Shown here piece after piece: positions 58,662 through 64,000 of a stretch of DNA of 64,000 bases (its first letter is position 1; each line of letters starts with the position of its first letter). The notes below the pieces were generated by a model. It saw only the letters and a list, made by a program, of their open reading frames with translations, did no database searches and was not told the DNA's origin. Position numbers and translations under genes: made by a program. This stretch comes from Candidatus Krumholzibacteriota bacterium (lineage in GTDB: Bacteria > Krumholzibacteriota > Krumholzibacteriia > Krumholzibacteriales > Krumholzibacteriaceae), in NCBI GenBank assembly GCA_016933255.1, contig JAFGBF010000008.1, positions 7,772-71,771 on the forward strand, read 5' to 3'.

Positions 58662-59350
58662 ATGAATAAGAGGTTTCTTTTTCATGCTGTTTGCATGTCT
58701 GCAGTAATTTCTTTCTGGTCACTGCAAACAGTGTTTTAGCGCTTGAGCCTCTATTTTATTCTTCCTTGACATACGGTGTTGGTAATACACCCTATTCAAT
58801 CTGCGCGGCTTATCTGGATGGAGACGATGATCTTGATCTAGCTGTGGCTAATAGTTACAGTCACAACGTATCAGTTTTCTTTAACAACGGAGACGGTACC
58901 TACGCCGCGGCTGTGAATTATGGTGTTGGTGAGCAACCCCATTCAGTCTGCGCGGGAGATCTGAACGGAGGCGATGATATTGATCTGGTCGTGGCGAATT
59001 ATTTCAGTGACAACGTCTCGATTCTGATGAATCTTACTAATGTCTGTACGGATGTCCTATATATTCCGCTTGTTCCCGTAAACTTAGCATCGAATTACCC
59101 TAATCCATTTAATCCGGTTACGACTCTTAAATTCAACGTTCCACGAACTGGGCATTTTACTATTGCCGTGTATGATGTGACGGGACGAAAGGTGAGGGTG
59201 CTTGTTGACAGGGTTTTTCAGATGGGCGCCTTCGAGACGACTTGGAACGGCAAAAACACCGCCGGCGAATCTGACGGATCGGGTGTTTAATTTGCCCGAA
59301 TGACAGCATACGGCCATTCCGATGTTATAAAGATGATTTTTCTGCGCTAG
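58662..59350 (+). pseudogene. Disrupted type-IX-secretion cargo gene: FG-GAP-like repeats plus Por_Secre_tail C-terminal domain, with a frame break in the signal peptide and an in-frame TAA inside the C-terminal domain
   Basis: ATG 58662 has a GGGAGA SD and encodes MNKRFLFHAVCMSAVISFWSL..., then stops after 25 codons. The ORF-track frame (TTG 58691..59290) has no SD and carries the rest. The ORF ends '...TWNGKNTAGESDGSGV' at TAA 59288-59290. Translation continues in frame as 'FARMTAYGHSDVIKMIFLR', matching the sorting-domain tail consensus 'SGVYFYRL.....RKM.LL.'. Confidence 0.5.
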
Positions 59351-59485
59351 TACGGGTGGAGAACCTAGGAAAATCCCGCAAATAACCACTCCAGCTGACA
59401 AGAGGTTTGCATCCCCGGGCAAGTCCTTCTGGATTTATTTTAAAAGAGTGTTACAATACAAAAAAGTAAATAGGTATTCAGGAGG

Positions 59486-60148
59486 TTGATGATGATCATC
59501 AGATATCTCGGACATTCGGCGTTTGAGCTTCGTCTTGACGATCAGAGAAAGATAGTATTCGATCCTTACGAGGCAGGTTCATATGACGGAGCGGTCGGAT
59601 TCGGTCCGATCATGGAGAAATACGATATAGCCGTTGTCAGCCACGATCATCCCGATCATGCTTCGGCTGATGTGATCGCTTCTGCCGAAAATGTGGTAGA
59701 TAAAGCTGGAGAGCGCGATATCGGCGGGGTCAGGATCAGGTCGTACGGCGTCTTTCATGACGAGACATCAGGGAGCGAGAGGGGAAAGAACCTCGTTTCT
59801 ATAGTCGAGGCTGAAGGGTTGAGGATCGCGCACCTTGGTGATCTCGGACATATCGTTGATCCCGGGGATCTGCCGGAGCTTGAAGGTGTCGATGTTATCC
59901 TGATCCCTGTGGGCGGGCATTTTACGATCGATGCAGCGACTGCCGCTTCTATCGTAAAGAGATTCAGGCCGAAGATCGCCATTCCGATGCATTTCAAGAC
60001 AGAAAAGCTCGGTTTTCCTATCGCCGCGGTTGACGATTTTACCGCATTGATGGATAATGTCGAAGTCGCGGGCGGGAGTGAACTGGAGATATCCGGCTCT
60101 GCTCTTTCCGGTGCGAGCAAGGTCGTCGTGCTGGACCCCGCGCTTTAG
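59486..60148 (+). CDS. MBL-fold metal-dependent hydrolase
   Basis: The 'VVSHDHPDHAS' HxHxDH motif. Confidence 0.7.
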   Translation: MMMIIRYLGHSAFELRLDDQRKIVFDPYEAGSYDGAVGFGPIMEKYDIAVVSHDHPDHASADVIASAENVVDKAGERDIGGVRIRSYGVFHDETSGSERGKNLVSIVEAEGLRIAHLGDLGHIVDPGDLPELEGVDVILIPVGGHFTIDAATAASIVKRFRPKIAIPMHFKTEKLGFPIAAVDDFTALMDNVEVAGGSELEISGSALSGASKVVVLDPAL

Positions 60149-60153
60149 AAAGT

Positions 60154-61014
60154 ATGGAATGGAGGGAACGGATGAAAGAGCTCGAAGCGGCAAAGATCAC
60201 GGAAGTGGTTGCCCTCCTCTGCAAGGAGGCTAATTTCGAACTCGAAGATGATGTTCAGGATGCGCTGGAGAAGGCATTTGAAAAAGAGGAATCTCCAGCC
60301 GGAAAAGAAGTCCTTCGTCAGATAGTCGAGAACTCACGGATCGCGAGAAGCGAACAGATCCCGATGTGCCAGGATACGGGACTGGCGGTAATATTCGCCG
60401 AACTCGGACAGGATCTTCACATAACGGGCGGGGATTTTGAGACGGCGATCAATGAAGGCGTTAAAAACGGATATACAGATGGATACCTTCGCAAATCGTC
60501 TCTTGCCGATCCGATCAGGGGGGGGAACACGGGAGATAACACGCCTGCGGTCATACACCTGACTCTGGTTCCCGGCGACAGGCTCAAGCTCTGGATCGTC
60601 CCGAAGGGGGGCGGAAGCGAGAATATGAGTCGTATCGCGATGATGAAACCTGCCGACGGAGTAGAAGGCATAAAAAAATTCGTAGTGGACAATATAAGGG
60701 CGGCTTCGGGCAATCCATGTCCGCCAGTCATCGTCGGAATAGGAATAGGCGGGACATTTGAGAGATGCGCCCAACTGGCGAAAAAGGCTCTTCTCAGAGA
60801 GATCGGCAGCAAACATTCCGATCCATTCTACGCCGACCTGGAAGAGGAGCTGCTCGGGCTCGTAAATGATCTTGGTGTCGGTCCGATGGGTTTCGGAGGG
60901 ATAACCACCGCGCTGGCGGTCCATATAGAAGTGGCTCCGAGGCATATAGCTTCTTTCCCAGTTTCGATGAATCTGAACTGTCACGCGGCGAGGCATAAAT
61001 ATATCGAGCTGTGA
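60154..61014 (+). CDS. Fe-S hydro-lyase, tartrate/fumarate subfamily, alpha subunit (class I fumarate hydratase alpha)
   Basis: 'PMCQDTGLAVIFAELGQD' and 'VIVGIGIGGTFE'. Followed by the beta-subunit gene. Confidence 0.8.
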   Translation: MEWRERMKELEAAKITEVVALLCKEANFELEDDVQDALEKAFEKEESPAGKEVLRQIVENSRIARSEQIPMCQDTGLAVIFAELGQDLHITGGDFETAINEGVKNGYTDGYLRKSSLADPIRGGNTGDNTPAVIHLTLVPGDRLKLWIVPKGGGSENMSRIAMMKPADGVEGIKKFVVDNIRAASGNPCPPVIVGIGIGGTFERCAQLAKKALLREIGSKHSDPFYADLEEELLGLVNDLGVGPMGFGGITTALAVHIEVAPRHIASFPVSMNLNCHAARHKYIEL

Positions 61015-61081
61015 CAAGGATATTCAAAGCCGCTGGAAACAGACCGGTGATCTCCGGCGGATGAAAATAGAAAGGTGAAAA

Positions 61082-61636
61082 ATGGCTGAATATTCACTGA
61101 AGACTCCGTTGAAAGATGAGGATATCAAAAAGCTGAAGGCGGGCGACAAGGTGTCTCTCACAGGTACGGTCTATACGGCAAGAGATGCGGCCCACGCGAG
61201 GCTCGTCGCACTTCTCGATGACGGGAAGGAACTTCCGATCCCTCTCGAAGGACAGGTCATCTACTATGTAGGCCCCTCTCCGACACCCCCGGGAAAGGCT
61301 ATCGGCTCGGCGGGCCCGACTACAAGTTACCGTATGGATCCGTACGCTCCGGCTCTGCTCGATAACGGATTGAAGGGCATGATCGGAAAGGGGGCGAGAA
61401 ACGACGCCGTCGTCGATTCTATGAAAAAAAATGTCGCGGTGTATTTTGCCGCCACTGGGGGCGCTGCGGCGCTTATTTCAAGAAGCATTACCTCTGCCGA
61501 AGTCGTTGCTTATGAAGATCTCGGGGCGGAGGCTGTCAGAAAACTGACCGTAAAGGATTTTCCCCTTATAGTAGCCCAGGACTGCCAGGGCGGGAATGTC
61601 TATGAAGAGGGCCAGAAGAAATACAGGAAAGAGTGA
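61082..61636 (+). CDS. Fe-S hydro-lyase, tartrate/fumarate subfamily, beta subunit (class I fumarate hydratase beta)
   Basis: 'LTGTVYTARDAAHARL' and 'YYVGPSPTPPGKAIGSAGPTTSYRMD'. Confidence 0.8.
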   Translation: MAEYSLKTPLKDEDIKKLKAGDKVSLTGTVYTARDAAHARLVALLDDGKELPIPLEGQVIYYVGPSPTPPGKAIGSAGPTTSYRMDPYAPALLDNGLKGMIGKGARNDAVVDSMKKNVAVYFAATGGAAALISRSITSAEVVAYEDLGAEAVRKLTVKDFPLIVAQDCQGGNVYEEGQKKYRKE

Positions 61637-61730
61637 TCGTCCGGTTTTCCAGCCCAGCAGACCCTGGTACGGCAGGTTATGTCAGTCGACAGTGATTCCG
61701 GGACAGGAATTGCTGTAAGGAGGGAGTTTT

Positions 61731-62453
61731 TTGAATTCGACCGGTGTTCTGATCGTTATTCCCGCCCGATACGGATCAACGCGATTCCCCGGCAAACCTC
61801 TCGCTCTGATAGATGGTACGGAGATGATAGTCCATGTCGCAAGGCGCGCGTCGAAGATAAAAGGCGCGGACAGGGTGATCGTCGCGACTGATGATAAAAG
61901 GATAAGGGATATAGTGACCGCGAGCGGTTTTGAATCGGTGATGACGGCGAAGTCTCATAAAAGCGGGACTTCAAGAGTCAGCGAGGCGGCATCGATGACC
62001 CGCCACGGTATCATAGTCAACATCCAGGGGGATGAGCCGGTCCTTCCGGTAAGCGGAGTCGAGCGGCTGATCGCCGCCATGAAAGAGGACAGAAGGATCG
62101 TGATGGCAACCCTTGCCGCCAGGTCGGATGACCGGGACGCATTCAATAGCCGCGATGTCGTGAAGGTTGTAGCATCGCTGGGCGGTGACGCCCTTTATTT
62201 CTCGAGGTCGCCTGTTCCGGTCGGGGCCGCCTCTTTTCTCCAGCATATCGGGATCTATGCCTTCAGGAGGAAATTTCTTCTTGAATATACGGAGCTGGGG
62301 AAGGGACCGCTGGAAAAAATTGAGGATCTTGAACAGCTCAGAGCCCTTGAGAATGGCTATAATATACGTGTTATCAGATGCCGGGAAAAAAGTTTGGGCG
62401 TAGACGCTCCCGAAGATATAAAAAGAGTTGAAAAAATAATCAAAAAAAGTTAG
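61731..62453 (+). CDS. kdsB: 3-deoxy-manno-octulosonate cytidylyltransferase (CMP-KDO synthetase)
   Basis: TTG start after AAGGAGG. '[16 protein letters not shown]', 'VNIQGDEP' and 'LEQLR.LENG' motifs. Confidence 0.85.
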   Translation: MNSTGVLIVIPARYGSTRFPGKPLALIDGTEMIVHVARRASKIKGADRVIVATDDKRIRDIVTASGFESVMTAKSHKSGTSRVSEAASMTRHGIIVNIQGDEPVLPVSGVERLIAAMKEDRRIVMATLAARSDDRDAFNSRDVVKVVASLGGDALYFSRSPVPVGAASFLQHIGIYAFRRKFLLEYTELGKGPLEKIEDLEQLRALENGYNIRVIRCREKSLGVDAPEDIKRVEKIIKKS

Positions 62454-62509
62454 GGTCTCTGAGACTTCATTCGATCTGTTTTATCCGATACCGATTGTTG
62501 AGGGGTAGA

Positions 62510-64000
62510 TTGGGCGAAAAGACAAAATATATCTTTGTCACAGGAGGGGTGGTTTCATCTCTTGGAAAAGGTATCGCGGCATCATCTCTTGGGCTTCTTC
62601 TCAAGCAGAGGGGCCTTAACGTAGTCCTCCAGAAATTCGATCCTTATCTGAACGTAGACCCTGGTACAATGAGTCCTTTCCAGCATGGTGAAGTCTTTGT
62701 GACTGATGACGGAGCGGAGACGGACCTTGATCTGGGACATTACGAGAGATTTATCGACCGCAGCCTCGGACAGAGGTCGAATGTCACGACAGGACAGGTA
62801 TACGAAGCGATCATCAACAGGGAAAGGGCGGGCGGATATCTTGGCAGGACGGTTCAGGTCGTCCCCCATGTGACCGATGAGATAAAGAGCCGTATCCTGA
62901 TGGCGGCAAAGAATGGAGAGGGTGTCGATGTCGTTATTACCGAGGTCGGCGGTACGACAGGCGATATCGAGGGGCTTCCATTTATCGAGGCTATCCGTCA
63001 GCTGCGTCTCGACCTCGGGCGCGAAAATGTCATCTATATCCATCTGACTCTGGTACCTTATATTAAAGCTGCCCAGGAGATAAAGACCAAACCGACCCAG
63101 CACAGCGTCAAGGGGCTGAGGGAGATCGGTATTCAGCCGGATATTCTTATCTGCAGGTCGGAAACCCCCCTTGATAAGGAAGTTCGCGCCAAGATCGCGC
63201 TTTTCTGCAGCGTCGAAGAGGAAGCAGTGATAGAGGCGATCGACGCAAAATCGATATATCATGTGCCTCTTCTCTTTCACGAACAGAACCTTGACGATAT
63301 CGTAGTTGAAAAGCTGGGTCTCGAGTGTCCTCCTCCCGATCTTTCCGAATGGGAGAGAATGGTCGAAAAGATCTTCACCGTAGAGGAGAATGTCAATATA
63401 GCGGTTGTCGGAAAATATATTCAGATAGTCGATGCCTACAAGAGTATCATAGAATCTTTTATACACGCCGGAGTCGCCAATGACGTAAAGGTCAGGATCA
63501 GATGGGTCGATGCTGAAAAGATAGAAGAAAAAGGTGCTGATGAATACCTTGAGGGAGTTGACGGCGTACTGGTCCCCGGAGGATTCGGCGACAGGGGAAT
63601 AAACGGGAAGATCGACGCTATCAGGTATGCCAGGGAAAATGGTATCCCCTTCCTCGGAATATGCCTGGGCCTTCAGTGTGCTGTCATAGAATTCGCGAGA
63701 AATGTCTGCGGGATTGAGGCTGGCAGCAGTGAATTCGAACCGGAATGCTCCGCTCCGGTGATAGATCTTATGCACGAGCAGAGAGGCCACTCGAAGATGG
63801 GCGGCACGATGAGGCTTGGCGCCTATCCCTGCCACCTTGAGAAAGATACTCTCGCCGAGAGGCTTTACGGGAGCAGTATCATCAGTGAACGCCACCGGCA
63901 CAGATGGGAAGTCAACAATGAATATCGTGATCTTCTCGAATCGAAGGGGCTCGTGATATCGGGACTTTCTCCTGACGGCCGCCTGGTCGAGATCGTCGAA
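62510..64000 (+). CDS. pyrG: CTP synthase (3'-partial, runs off the window end)
   Basis: Not in the ORF track because no stop falls inside the window. TTG 62510 gives '..[24 protein letters not shown]'. '[10 protein letters not shown]' and the GATase 'GICLGLQ' are present. The antisense ORF 62582..63901 is a shadow. Confidence 0.9.
   Translation, partial: MGEKTKYIFVTGGVVSSLGKGIAASSLGLLLKQRGLNVVLQKFDPYLNVDPGTMSPFQHGEVFVTDDGAETDLDLGHYERFIDRSLGQRSNVTTGQVYEAIINRERAGGYLGRTVQVVPHVTDEIKSRILMAAKNGEGVDVVITEVGGTTGDIEGLPFIEAIRQLRLDLGRENVIYIHLTLVPYIKAAQEIKTKPTQHSVKGLREIGIQPDILICRSETPLDKEVRAKIALFCSVEEEAVIEAIDAKSIYHVPLLFHEQNLDDIVVEKLGLECPPPDLSEWERMVEKIFTVEENVNIAVVGKYIQIVDAYKSIIESFIHAGVANDVKVRIRWVDAEKIEEKGADEYLEGVDGVLVPGGFGDRGINGKIDAIRYARENGIPFLGICLGLQCAVIEFARNVCGIEAGSSEFEPECSAPVIDLMHEQRGHSKMGGTMRLGAYPCHLEKDTLAERLYGSSIISERHRHRWEVNNEYRDLLESKGLVISGLSPDGRLVEIVE

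Noticed and set aside
60334-61017. 227-aa minus-strand ORF
   Set aside because: It lies antisense to the fumarate hydratase alpha-subunit gene.
62582-63901. 439-aa ORF on the minus strand
   Set aside because: It lies antisense to an unmistakable CTP synthase reading frame (the pyrG ORF has no stop in the window, so it is absent from the ORF track). It is a shadow ORF.

Overview
This 64 kb window is a dense chromosomal segment of bacterial housekeeping genes with accessory surface-polysaccharide and transport modules between them. I saw no rRNA, tRNA, CRISPR array or transposase.

The core (8.4-24.2 kb) is almost entirely on the + strand and runs an EF-G-like GTPase, yebC, ruvCAB, queA, tgt, yajC, def, fmt, a kinase-less PASTA protein, rpe, ffh, rpsP, a KH protein, rimM, trmD, rplS, rnhB and yraN. 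This is the gene order known from Firmicutes.

The accessory content has four parts:
- Two exopolysaccharide-type modules. The first (2.1-6.1 kb) has a GT2 synthase-like glycosyltransferase, a Wzx flippase and a GT4. The second (32-45.4 kb) has an O-antigen-ligase-like protein, an MBOAT plus SGNH-like acyltransferase pair lying between murA and murB, a second Wzx flippase, a roughly 860-aa polytopic membrane protein and a GT4.
- An amino-acid transport and catabolism patch (25.3-31.6 kb): an AgcS sodium:alanine symporter carrying a 130-aa insertion, an NSS symporter, an EamA transporter, a small secreted protein and L-lysine 6-aminotransferase.
- An envelope cluster (47.8-53 kb): a lipoprotein translationally coupled to a FadL/PorV-like outer-membrane barrel, two TPR proteins and a secreted cyclophilin.
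- Downstream of that lie iscS-mnmA, rplU-rpmA, a disrupted type-IX-secretion cargo gene, a split class I fumarase, kdsB and a partial pyrG.

The type-IX-secretion C-terminal sorting domain suggests an FCB-group or candidate-phylum organism despite the Firmicutes-like gene order.

The most unusual direct observations:
- The second Wzx flippase has a conserved N-terminus encoded upstream of any canonical start codon. An AGGAGG Shine-Dalgarno sits 7 nt before an in-frame ATC.
- The type-IX-secretion cargo gene carries two lesions: a frame break in the signal peptide and a TAA at the Tyr of the conserved SGVYFYRL tail motif.
- A PASTA-only protein sits in the def-fmt-rpe position that the PrkC kinase occupies in Firmicutes.
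- A perfect 13-bp inverted repeat follows the OPT transporter gene.
- The MBOAT/SGNH module between murA and murB suggests glycan O-acylation.

No CRISPR array, tRNA or transposase was detected.
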